Virus record (IMG/VR): IMGVR_UViG_3300037313_002165
Span: 1 to 59,297 of that record
Reading direction: 5' to 3' (one strand)
Source: a virus
Lineage: Duplodnaviria; Caudoviricetes
Length of the DNA: 59,297 bases
The translations under genes were made by a program, and so were the position numbers. Position 1 is the first letter of the stretch, and each line of letters opens with the position of its first letter. The notes beneath the pieces are model-generated. The model searched no databases. It was not told where the DNA came from and worked only from the letters and a program-made list of their open reading frames with translations. Below, piece by piece: positions 44,317 through 52,794 of the stretch.

Positions 44317-47300
44317 TGTCGTCGCCGAAAACCCCCGCGCCTGCCGCCGTGGTCGGCAATGTCGAGGCGAAGAAAATCGCCACGAACGAGCAGGCACAGC
44401 CCATCCCGTATTTCGCGGGACGCACCTGGCTCCCGCTGATTTGGGGGCAGTCGAACATCTATTTCCCGGAGACCACCGCCGTCACGACGAAGGTCGGAAA
44501 AACGAAGCAGATTACCGGATACGATTACTTCGGGTCGCTCGTCGGCATCGTCGCTCTCGGACCGCTGGACTTTCTCGAAACCATCGAGGTCGCCGGCAAA
44601 GCCGTGTGGTCCGGCTTCATCGAGCGCGATGTCACACACCCCCTCCATAGCGGCGACATCGTGGTCGATGACCTCGGCACGTTCCGGCTCTACTGGGGAA
44701 CGGAGGACCAGACCGTCGATGATCTCGTGCTCGCCACCTGCGGCGAGACTCATCCGCCGTATCTCGGTTTAGCCTACCTCGTCGTCAAGCGGTTGAAATT
44801 CGGCAACAACAACGCCACCCCGCCGACCATCCGCGTCCTTGTCGAACGCGCCGCCCGCTTCGATGGCCTGCCTTCCGATCGCTCGCGCGAGGGCACGAAT
44901 CCTGTGACAGTCATTGCCGAGCTCATCGGCAACGAACTCTACGGGCTCGGCATGCCGGAGGTCGTGCACGTCGCCAGCGCGGCCGCCCTCGCGGCGAATG
45001 TCCGCCGCGATACCCCGGTCGCCGTGCCGGGCGACCCCGACCACATCGCGGCCATGGGGTTCATCTCGCCGCTGCTCGACCGGCTGCAACCCGCGCAGAG
45101 TTTTCTCGCCCGTGTGATGGAGCACTACGATGGCTGGCTCCGGCCATTCGAGGATCAACTCTACTTCGGCCAGTTTCCGCACGATGGCGTCATACCCACC
45201 GGCTTGCCGGAGTTGTCCTATCACGAGTTCACGCGCCGCCCGCGCTTCGAACCGGCCGACCAGGGCGACCTCATTACCGAGGTGAACATCGCGCATCTCG
45301 ACCGCGACGACAACATGGAGAAGGCGGCAACGCCCGTGCCCAATCCCGGCGCGCGCCGCCGCCTCGGATTCGCCAACCCCAAGACCTTCCAACGGCCGTT
45401 TGTCTGCACGAAATATCAGGCGAGAGAGCAGGGGAACCAGCTCGCCCGCCATTACTCGCGCGATGAAGAGGCCTGTGAGGTCTCGGTCCGCCGCGAGAAA
45501 GTGGCCGGGCTCCATGCCGGTGACCTTTTCGTCCTCGTCGATGCGCCCTCCGCGTCGAGTCAGATTGTCCGCATTACCCAGCGCATCGATCCGGCCGATG
45601 GCGGCGAGGTGCAACTCTCGCTCGTGCTCGAGCGTGGGCTCGCGCCGCTGGCCTTCGTCGCCCCGCCCAACCCGCGGCCTTCGTTGCCCGACCCCGACCT
45701 TGTCGCGGTGGTCCACGCGCGCGCGGTCCAACTCCCCACGCAATACGATGTCGAGTCGCTCGGCGTCGATCCTGCAGTGGTCGTGCTCGCCGAGCGGCCG
45801 GGCGCGCACGTCGCGGGCTACCGGCTGAACTTCTCCAACGCCGGTCTCACCTACGATGAGCTGACCTCCGAAGGCCGCTGGGCCTTGCGCGCCACGCTCG
45901 CCGCCGGCGTCGATGCCGACGACACGGTGTTCACCATCAACGCCAGCGGTTTCGAACTCGCGCTGCTCGCCGCGCAGTCCGACGCCGCGCGCGATGACGA
46001 CACGCTCGTGCTTTTCATCGGCAACGAGCTATGCTCCATCGGCAACGTCGTGGCCATCGGCGGCGGCCAGTACAACGTCACGGTTGTCCGGGCTCGCCGC
46101 GGCTCGGTTGGCGATGTTCACGCGATCGCCGCGGAGATCTTCATTATGCCGCGGGCGGAGATGGCGATTTACCAGCACGCCGATTTTCCGCGCGATATCG
46201 AGACCCGCTATTTCAAGCTCGCGACTTACACCGTCAACAAAGCCGGAGGCGAAGAGCAGGAACTGGCCGACGCGCTCGAAATCTCCCTCACATTCGACGA
46301 CACATCAGTCACGGCGCCCGGCTCCTTCACTGCGACCGCCAAAGCCGAAGCCATCTTCCTCGCCTGGACGCTGCCCGCCCCGCCCGAGGACGCCACCATC
46401 GTCGCCACCGACATTTGGGAAATGGCCCCCGGCTCCAGCGCGCCGAACCCGCTGACCACGCCGCCCACCTGGTCCATCAGCGGGAACGGCTTCAACCGCG
46501 GCGGCCTCACCGCGGGCACGGCCAAACGTTATTATTGCCTCAACCGCGACACCCTCGGCAACCGCAGCACGATCTCCGGCCCAGCGGATGCCACAGCCCT
46601 CGCCGCCGCCACCGGCCCCGCCGGTCCAACTGGCCCGACAGGCCCCACGGGCGCGACGGGTGCGACTGGCGCAACGGGAGCGACCGGTCCTGCCGGTCTC
46701 GACGGGCCAGGTGTTCCGTACCGCGGCAACTACAACGCCAGCACCATCTATTATTACATCGCCGGCCTCCGCCGCGATGCGGTGTTTTATTCCGGGCAGT
46801 ACTGGGCAACGAACAACGCCGCGAAGAATGGCCTCGCCACGTGGGGCACGCCCGGTTCGTCAGGCGATTGGATCTCCTACGGCACGACCTATTCTGCGGT
46901 CGCCACGGCGCTGCTGCTCGCCGAGGACGCGACCATCGTACGATCGCTCACGCTCGGCACCGACGGCAGCACCAATGGCATCATTCAATCGGCAAACTAC
47001 GTCACCTCCGGCGGCGCATCCGGCTGGCAAATCAAGAACGACGGCACCGTGATTTTTAAGCTCGGGACAAGCGGCACGTTCGACGTGGCCACGGGAGATA
47101 ACCGGGTTCTCATCGATAGCAATGGCTCGGTTTTCGGCGACGCGTCTGGCGAGAACGTTCTCATCGCTGGGTTCAACGCTGGGTTCGGAAGCGCCTGTGG
47201 GATTCGTTTCCGCAACGGCACCACCGGGAAGGGGAGTCTACAATATGTCAACGGATTGGGACTGATTCTAAGTATGGGTGGCGTGGGTAATGGGGGCACG

Positions 47301-47612
47301 GTGCAAGATTGTGATTTGGTTTCATCGCGCACCCTAAATGCTGGCGGCACGTCGGACCCACGAAACTTTACGGCTCCGCTTTATTCTGCAGGTGGCGCAT
47401 ATATCGAGAAGACGCTCGATGTGCGCGGCCGCGGTTACTTCAACAGCCATCTTGATGTCGCCGGCACGCTAAACGTGCCCGGCGCGGTCGGCAGCGTTGG
47501 CGGCATCAAGTATGCCAACGGCACGACGAACTACATCGCGTTCTACTGGGACGGAACGAACGTCCGCGCCGTGGTCGACGGCACACTTCAAGGCACAATC
47601 CCTAATCCGTAA
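44313..47612 (+). CDS. Central tail tip / host-specificity protein
   Basis: YLGLAY, NPVTVIAE, FN3-like segment, collagen-like G-X-Y run, IQSANY..GWQI. Confidence 0.85.
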   Translation: MMSSPKTPAPAAVVGNVEAKKIATNEQAQPIPYFAGRTWLPLIWGQSNIYFPETTAVTTKVGKTKQITGYDYFGSLVGIVALGPLDFLETIEVAGKAVWSGFIERDVTHPLHSGDIVVDDLGTFRLYWGTEDQTVDDLVLATCGETHPPYLGLAYLVVKRLKFGNNNATPPTIRVLVERAARFDGLPSDRSREGTNPVTVIAELIGNELYGLGMPEVVHVASAAALAANVRRDTPVAVPGDPDHIAAMGFISPLLDRLQPAQSFLARVMEHYDGWLRPFEDQLYFGQFPHDGVIPTGLPELSYHEFTRRPRFEPADQGDLITEVNIAHLDRDDNMEKAATPVPNPGARRRLGFANPKTFQRPFVCTKYQAREQGNQLARHYSRDEEACEVSVRREKVAGLHAGDLFVLVDAPSASSQIVRITQRIDPADGGEVQLSLVLERGLAPLAFVAPPNPRPSLPDPDLVAVVHARAVQLPTQYDVESLGVDPAVVVLAERPGAHVAGYRLNFSNAGLTYDELTSEGRWALRATLAAGVDADDTVFTINASGFELALLAAQSDAARDDDTLVLFIGNELCSIGNVVAIGGGQYNVTVVRARRGSVGDVHAIAAEIFIMPRAEMAIYQHADFPRDIETRYFKLATYTVNKAGGEEQELADALEISLTFDDTSVTAPGSFTATAKAEAIFLAWTLPAPPEDATIVATDIWEMAPGSSAPNPLTTPPTWSISGNGFNRGGLTAGTAKRYYCLNRDTLGNRSTISGPADATALAAATGPAGPTGPTGPTGATGATGATGATGPAGLDGPGVPYRGNYNASTIYYYIAGLRRDAVFYSGQYWATNNAAKNGLATWGTPGSSGDWISYGTTYSAVATALLLAEDATIVRSLTLGTDGSTNGIIQSANYVTSGGASGWQIKNDGTVIFKLGTSGTFDVATGDNRVLIDSNGSVFGDASGENVLIAGFNAGFGSACGIRFRNGTTGKGSLQYVNGLGLILSMGGVGNGGTVQDCDLVSSRTLNAGGTSDPRNFTAPLYSAGGAYIEKTLDVRGRGYFNSHLDVAGTLNVPGAVGSVGGIKYANGTTNYIAFYWDGTNVRAVVDGTLQGTIPNP
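46614..46712 (+). repeat. Collagen-like Gly-X-Y repeat
   Basis: GPAGPTGPTGPTGATGATGATGATGPAGLDGPG. Confidence 0.9.
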
Positions 47613-47627
47613 AACGATTCGTTATCC

Positions 47628-47849
47628 ATGAATGTCCAGCCACTCATTAATCAGCTCATCATAAAGCAAAGGAATCTCGCGGCCAGCCTCGACCAAGCGG
47701 CAACTATGGTTCTCATCAAGGAACGAGAGTTGCGTGATGCCTTGGATGCAAGGGCGGCGTGCGATGGTGCGAAGCAGCAGATCGATGAAACACTTAATGC
47801 GTTGCTTGAGTTGCGTGACGCGCCCGCGGCCCAGCCGCCGCAGTCATGA
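47628..47849 (+). CDS. Small coiled-coil protein (possible fibre chaperone)
   Basis: Heptad pattern; follows the tail tip gene. Confidence 0.6.
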   Translation: MNVQPLINQLIIKQRNLAASLDQAATMVLIKERELRDALDARAACDGAKQQIDETLNALLELRDAPAAQPPQS

Positions 47850-48685
47850 GCGCGCGCCCCCGCCCGCGGCCCAGCCGCGGTGTAGAACTCGTCGTGGTCA
47901 TTTCTGACATCCATGCCGGCTCGACCGTCGCGCTGATGCCGCCGCGATTCGAACTGAGCGACGGGAATGTCATCGAGGCCAACGCCGTCCAACGCTGGTT
48001 CTGGAAATGCTGGTCGCATGCGCAGGGCTGGCTCAGTGAGATCGTCGACGGCTCGCCCTTCGCCCTCGTCCTCAACGGCGACCTCGTCGAAGGCGATCAT
48101 CACCGCACGGACCAAATCATTTCGAAGCGGCTCACCGACCATGTCGAGTGCGCGCGCGCGATCCTCGATCCGCTGGCGAAGAAGGCGGCGCGGATCTTCA
48201 TCACCAAAGGCACGGAGTGCCACACGGGCGACACCGAGGCGACAGTCGGCTACATGCTCCAGGCCGAGCGCGACCCTGAGACCGGTCGTCGCGTGTTCGA
48301 CCGCCTCACCCTCGATGTCTGCGGCTGCCGCTTCGTCGCTCGCCACCACGTCACCACCACCTCGCGGCCGTGGCTCGAGGCGAACGGTCTCGGCATGGAG
48401 CTGGCGAGCGAGCAACTCCACTCGGTCCGCAACGGCGAGCCGTTGCCGCAGGTCCTCGCCGTCGCGCACCGCCACGTCGGCGGCCACATCGCCACCAACG
48501 AGGGCCTCTGCCTTGCCACGCCTGCCTGGCAAGCGCTCACGCGCCACGGCCACAAGGTCGTCGGCGCTGCGCGCTGCAAGACCGGCCTCTACGTGCTCGA
48601 CTGGCGCGAAGTCGAGCGCGGGCATCTCCCGCGCGTCCACCGTCGCATCTATGAAGCCCCGCACCCACAAGCCATCCCACTCTGA
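47846..48685 (+). CDS. Calcineurin-like metallophosphoesterase
   Basis: SDIH, NGDLVEG, GTECH, HH, AHRH. Confidence 0.82.
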   Translation: MSARPRPRPSRGVELVVVISDIHAGSTVALMPPRFELSDGNVIEANAVQRWFWKCWSHAQGWLSEIVDGSPFALVLNGDLVEGDHHRTDQIISKRLTDHVECARAILDPLAKKAARIFITKGTECHTGDTEATVGYMLQAERDPETGRRVFDRLTLDVCGCRFVARHHVTTTSRPWLEANGLGMELASEQLHSVRNGEPLPQVLAVAHRHVGGHIATNEGLCLATPAWQALTRHGHKVVGAARCKTGLYVLDWREVERGHLPRVHRRIYEAPHPQAIPL

Positions 48686-49031
48686 AGACCAGCGAACGGT
48701 CGTCATACCGCAAGACGCAGGGTGGGGCGAGTTGCTAAGCGAAGCTTTGACACCTCGTGGCCGTCCACCCGGTGAAGGTTGGAAAACCATCACGGAAATT
48801 GCTGCCGATCTGCAATGCTCGCGCCAAATGGTGGACGCGCTGCTCATGAGATGGCGCCAGAGGTCCGCGGTCGAAGAGACCTACGGCACCGTCAACAATC
48901 GACGCACCCTATACCTCAGGCCGAAGCAGGCGGCAAAATCCCAAACCACGCCTCGCCGTCCTTCTCGCTCATTACTCCCTCGTAAATCTCGGTTGTGCTC
49001 GCATACCGGTGTTGCGAAAGCCGCGCCGTGA
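48651..49031 (+). CDS. Winged-HTH protein
   Basis: WKTITEIAADLQCSRQMVDALL; 3' end overlaps the integrase. Confidence 0.55.
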   Translation: MKPRTHKPSHSEDQRTVVIPQDAGWGELLSEALTPRGRPPGEGWKTITEIAADLQCSRQMVDALLMRWRQRSAVEETYGTVNNRRTLYLRPKQAAKSQTTPRRPSRSLLPRKSRLCSHTGVAKAAP

Positions 49032-50097
49032 GCGCCGGGTTTTTCAGCCATGCGAGGTGAGCGCTGATGCAGGTTTTCTTGAGTCGGTTTTGTGAGCCCT
49101 CTTCGATTTCCGCGAGTCGGAACGCCAGCGATTTCTCATTGCGGTACTGCCACCATTCCATGGCCCAAGTCGCATCGTTCGCGCCTGCGAGCCATGCCCA
49201 CAGATTGTCCGGGTGCCCCTGGCGGAATCGCGTCTTGCCGCTCTTGTGCACCGCACCGCGCAGCCGCAGGCCTCGTTTTTCGTAGTCGATATCTTCCTTG
49301 CGGATGCGCCCGGCCGAGCTTGGCCGGAGAAACCCAAAAGCCTCCAGCGCCATCCGCGGCGCAATGGGCTTGGCCGCGATCGCCGCGAACAATCTCCGCC
49401 CCTCCTCGACCGTCAGGAGTTTAACGTCCTCCTCGACAATCGCCGGCACCGGCACGCCATCGCAGGGATTGTGTGGAATCCACCGCTTCACCCGCACACA
49501 CCAATCCATGAATGTGTTCACGTCCTTCCGGTGATGCCGGAGCGTAACCGACTCCATGGGCTCATTGGTCCGGGGGTTTTTGAGGCCGGCCAGCCATTTT
49601 GAGATTTCCTCATCCGTAACATCCCGCAGCCGGCGGTCGCCAAAGTACTCGGCGAACCGCTGCTCCAAATGCTTCTCGAAATGTCGCCACGTATCCGGCG
49701 AAATGTTTTCTCCGCCCCGGAAGGCGAGGTATTTCGTTACGGCATCGCGTACCGTGACAGCATTGCTCGCCCCCTTCATCGCCAGCCACTCGCGAGCGAC
49801 CGTCACCGGATGGACCTCGCCGACCAGCTCGCGAAACTCGGTCCAAATCGCAACCTCCTTCGCGCCGACAAAGCGCGCCTGCGTCCCGTATTTTTCCCGC
49901 TGCGCCAACCAGTCCGCCGCAAATTTCCGGCGCGCATCTTCCGATTCGAAGGCCCTTCCTCGCTTCAAGCCGTCGCCTGCCCGCCATCTCGCCAGAAACG
50001 GCTTTGTCTTCCCGGGCCGAGACTCGAACCACATCCCCTCCGGGGCCGATTTGGTGGGCTCTGAGTGGGCGTTTTTAGGTGGGCGCTTGGTGGGCAT
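48916..50097 (-). CDS. int: Phage integrase (tyrosine recombinase) with an atypical box II
   Basis: GFLRPS (R), HKSG (K), QNRLKK in place of HxxLRH, QH..TTEIY; adjacent to the attP-like site. Confidence 0.85.
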   Translation of the reverse strand: MPTKRPPKNAHSEPTKSAPEGMWFESRPGKTKPFLARWRAGDGLKRGRAFESEDARRKFAADWLAQREKYGTQARFVGAKEVAIWTEFRELVGEVHPVTVAREWLAMKGASNAVTVRDAVTKYLAFRGGENISPDTWRHFEKHLEQRFAEYFGDRRLRDVTDEEISKWLAGLKNPRTNEPMESVTLRHHRKDVNTFMDWCVRVKRWIPHNPCDGVPVPAIVEEDVKLLTVEEGRRLFAAIAAKPIAPRMALEAFGFLRPSSAGRIRKEDIDYEKRGLRLRGAVHKSGKTRFRQGHPDNLWAWLAGANDATWAMEWWQYRNEKSLAFRLAEIEEGSQNRLKKTCISAHLAWLKNPALTARLSQHRYASTTEIYEGVMSEKDGEAWFGILPPASA

Positions 50098-50222
50098 TTT
50101 TATGCAAAATTCTGCAATTCACCTTTGCATGTTCCCTCTACCAGTTTTCGGCAGTCCTTCAATGGTCGGGCCGGTGAGGCGCGTATGCCTCAGGGGTAAA
50201 TCCGGGTGGGCGCTGGGTGGGC
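50053..50222. other. attP: tRNA-Pro-like core (50163-50178) flanked by arm-type repeats
   Basis: Minus strand CTCAC-CGGCCCG-A-CCA; RGTGGGC at 50053/50064, 50078/50089, 50205/50216, each pair 11 bp apart. Confidence 0.78.
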
Positions 50223-50232
50223 AATGCCGCCA

Positions 50233-50523
50233 TCATTTCGAGAACCACCTGATGGCGACGTAGAACGTTGCGAACAGCGCGATGAAGACGCCGAGCGCGG
50301 TCAGGCCGACCCACTTCGGCAAGTGTTTTGTCACCACGGTGGGCTCTGGTGGCTTCTCTGCTGCGGGCTGTTTTGAAAGGACTGAAGCGCCAACGATCGC
50401 CACAAGTCCGATAAGGAATAGGATGGCTGCGAGCAGTTGGTGAAAGACGGTGGCTGCACCGATGAAGATCCACGCGGCAGCACCCCAACTCGCCATCGCG
50501 ATGAACGTCAGGAAAGATTTCAC
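50233..50523 (-). CDS. Membrane protein (lysogeny module)
   Basis: Three TM segments. Confidence 0.7.
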   Translation of the reverse strand: MKSFLTFIAMASWGAAAWIFIGAATVFHQLLAAILFLIGLVAIVGASVLSKQPAAEKPPEPTVVTKHLPKWVGLTALGVFIALFATFYVAIRWFSK

Positions 50524-50786
50524 GGTTTTGGGAGCGCGCGCCGAAAAAGGAATGTTCGCGCCGCGTCGGCATTATCGATCGCCTGTTGTTGTCGACCTTG
50601 GAAATGCATTCGTGATTCCGGAAATTTTTCGGCAAGGTCTGCTGCAACCTTGGAGTTTGCTATGAACTCGTCGGCCAGTTCGTCGAGGATTTGCTGCGTT
50701 GTCGGCTGCTGGTTGCCGGTTTGTGCGGTGCTGAATGCACCAGCCGCGATTAAGAGCAAAAGCACTGTGGTTAGTTTTGATTTCAT
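50520..50786 (-). CDS. Small secreted protein
   Basis: MKSKLTTVLLLLIAAGAFSTA signal peptide; ATGA-type coupling. Confidence 0.65.
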   Translation of the reverse strand: MKSKLTTVLLLLIAAGAFSTAQTGNQQPTTQQILDELADEFIANSKVAADLAEKFPESRMHFQGRQQQAIDNADAARTFLFRRALPKP

Positions 50787-50905
50787 GGGAGGGTGGGACA
50801 AATAGTGTCTCAGATCGGATATTACGATGTGAATAACTTGGGCTTGTCAGGTACGTGTACGGACGAACACTTGCAGGAAATTCGGCCCGACGTCTCGGGA
50901 CTCCC

Positions 50906-51316
50906 ATGAATGATACTTCCCCTCTCGGCGAGCAGCCGACCTTCAAGCCCAGCGTTTTCTATTTCCGCCGCTCGTTGCGTGAATCTACGTCCTTGGAACG
51001 CGCTACGACCGTCGCCCTGATTGTGGCGGCCGAGCTGGAGCAATTGAAGCTCTGGACAGTCGAGCAAAACATGCTCCCTGCTGATGACAGCGTCGGCGGC
51101 GCATTCGAGCTGCTGAAGGAGGCATTGCGAAAATGTGAGTCGCACGGCCAGGCGATCCTGCTCGGGTTGTTTCTGTGCCACGAGTTGGAGCAATTGAAGG
51201 CGTTGGTGCGTTGGCATGGACTGATTCCGCCGAAGTGGATTATCGCGCCGGAGGAGGCTGGTGACAAAGGGTGGAATCTCGCGGCAGAGCCAACCGGAAC
51301 GACTGATGAAGCCTAG
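50906..51316 (+). CDS. Hypothetical protein with an internal duplication
   Basis: ELEQLK twice; GAGYTGGAGCAATTGAAG duplicated. Confidence 0.65.
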   Translation: MNDTSPLGEQPTFKPSVFYFRRSLRESTSLERATTVALIVAAELEQLKLWTVEQNMLPADDSVGGAFELLKEALRKCESHGQAILLGLFLCHELEQLKALVRWHGLIPPKWIIAPEEAGDKGWNLAAEPTGTTDEA

Positions 51317-51317
51317 C

Positions 51318-51632
51318 TTAACCCGTGCGCCTTTGTCCACTCTCCCCGTGTCCGGCGTGTTCAGGCCGGCGCTCGCCAGCGCGGATTTGTTGGGCGCGTT
51401 CTCCGGCAACAATGTGCCCCCCGGCTGCCAGGGCGGCTGGCCGAAGAACCACATCGCTCGTCACTGGATGCAGCGCTTTCTTCAGGGGAATTGCCGTATC
51501 AGCCTCGACGAGCGCCAGCAAATAATCATTGCGATCCATCCGGTGAAATTTCGCGCGGGCGAGAAGCTGCTCCATCTCATCATCGGTTAGGGAGAAGCTC
51601 CGGGCCTTTTTCTTCACCTGCGCGTTCGTCAT
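51318..51632 (-). CDS. Ribbon-helix-helix repressor (CI position)
   Basis: RSFSLTDDEMEQLLARAK..MDRNDYLLALV. Confidence 0.7.
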   Translation of the reverse strand: MTNAQVKKKARSFSLTDDEMEQLLARAKFHRMDRNDYLLALVEADTAIPLKKALHPVTSDVVLRPAALAAGGHIVAGERAQQIRAGERRPEHAGHGESGQRRTG

Positions 51633-51727
51633 TTTTCATGACTCTTGTGAAGCCTTGAGAAGTTTAGCGAAAAAAAAGCTTGCATCATTCTTAATAAGAT
51701 TTCATCAGACTTCGCCATATTCCCCCG

Positions 51728-51952
51728 ATGATTTCCCAGCCGAAAACCCTTACCCCGACCGTGGAAGAGGCCCCGAAGACTTCGGTTCCGATGTCCACCT
51801 ACGTTCTGGTCGAGGTGGAGCAATGCATCAAAGAAGACGCGGCGGCGGATGATCGCAGCGAGAGCTACATCATCGCGCGTATCTTGAAGGCATATTACGC
51901 GCGGCGCATCGCGAAGAAGTCGGCCCAACCCCAACAGCGGAGGGCTGCGTGA
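51728..51952 (+). CDS. Ribbon-helix-helix protein (Cro position)
   Basis: MSTYVLVEVEQCIKEDAAADDRSESYIIARIL. Confidence 0.72.
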   Translation: MISQPKTLTPTVEEAPKTSVPMSTYVLVEVEQCIKEDAAADDRSESYIIARILKAYYARRIAKKSAQPQQRRAA

Positions 51953-52296
51953 TGGCCACGAACGCTCTCGGCGCGGGCACTTGCAACCTTTCGGTCAACA
52001 TGCCGAAGAGCTGGCGACTGCGGCTTGGGCGGCTGGCGTTTCGTCACGACGTTTCATTGGGCGAGTTGATTCGCCGGATGCTCGCGCGGGCGGCCCATGT
52101 GTGGGCGGCGGCGAAACATGCGGCCACGGCGGAGCAGGCGGACTTGGAAGCCATCGCCGTGCTGCGCCGCGCGATTGAAGACGGTATCGGCCCGGAGGAT
52201 CGCCCGGCCATCGAGCGCGCGCTAAGCCTGATTCAGCAAAGCGCGGATTCGGACCATCAACTGGCGATTGGTCTCAATGTGGAGGCGGCGCGATGA
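51949..52296 (+). CDS. Ribbon-helix-helix protein
   Basis: NLSVNMPKSWRLRLGRLA..VSLGELIRRML. Confidence 0.72.
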   Translation: MMATNALGAGTCNLSVNMPKSWRLRLGRLAFRHDVSLGELIRRMLARAAHVWAAAKHAATAEQADLEAIAVLRRAIEDGIGPEDRPAIERALSLIQQSADSDHQLAIGLNVEAAR

Positions 52297-52436
52297 AGCG
52301 GGCGCGCCATCTTTTCGATTGGGCGTGCCTGGCGGCCATCGGCGCCAGCGTGCTGTGCGCCTGCCTGGCGGTTGCGTTGTGGGACACGGTCGTGATGGGC
52401 CGGCCGATTGAAGAACAACTGGGAGGGAGCCAATGA
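52293..52436 (+). CDS. 47-aa membrane peptide
   Basis: MKRARHLFDWACLAAIGASVLCACLAVALW...; ATGA-coupled at both ends. Confidence 0.6.
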   Translation: MKRARHLFDWACLAAIGASVLCACLAVALWDTVVMGRPIEEQLGGSQ

Positions 52437-52603
52437 TCGCCACGGCCGAGCCGCGCGTGAAGGCGCGCAACCCGTGGCTGGAGATGGCCATCGCGTGGCG
52501 CGAGGCGTCGCGGGTCTACACGTTGACGGATGCCGAACGAGCGCGCGCCCGGCGGCTGATGCGCCACAATGCGCTGCGGGCGCGGAATCGGAGGGACGCA
52601 TGA
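52433..52603 (+). CDS. Hypothetical protein
   Basis: MIATAEPRVKARNPWLEM...; GGAGGGAG RBS, coupled. Confidence 0.6.
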   Translation: MIATAEPRVKARNPWLEMAIAWREASRVYTLTDAERARARRLMRHNALRARNRRDA

Positions 52604-52794
52604 GCGATTCCGAAAAGCTCGATGTGATTTTGGGCAAGCTCGCCAAAATGGAGAGGCTGCATGATCGCATGCTGCTGAAGCGGCCTTCGCAAACGGAACT
52701 GGCGCGGAAGTCGGGTGTGAGCGTGACGACGCTCTGGCGTCGGCGGAAGCGTGAAGAAATGCGGCGGTTGGTCGCGGGAGGTTCCGCCGCATGA
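52600..52794 (+). CDS. HTH protein (possible excisionase)
   Basis: SQTELARKSGVSVTTLWRR. Confidence 0.65.
   Translation: MSDSEKLDVILGKLAKMERLHDRMLLKRPSQTELARKSGVSVTTLWRRRKREEMRRLVAGGSAA

Noticed and set aside
47550-47565. Additional GAACGAA inside the tail tip gene
   Set aside because: Intragenic and not next to a stop codon; treated as chance and not part of the array.
44313-47612. Diversity-generating retroelement or shufflon at the tail tip
   Set aside because: No reverse transcriptase, TR/VR pair or inverted alternative C-termini seen.
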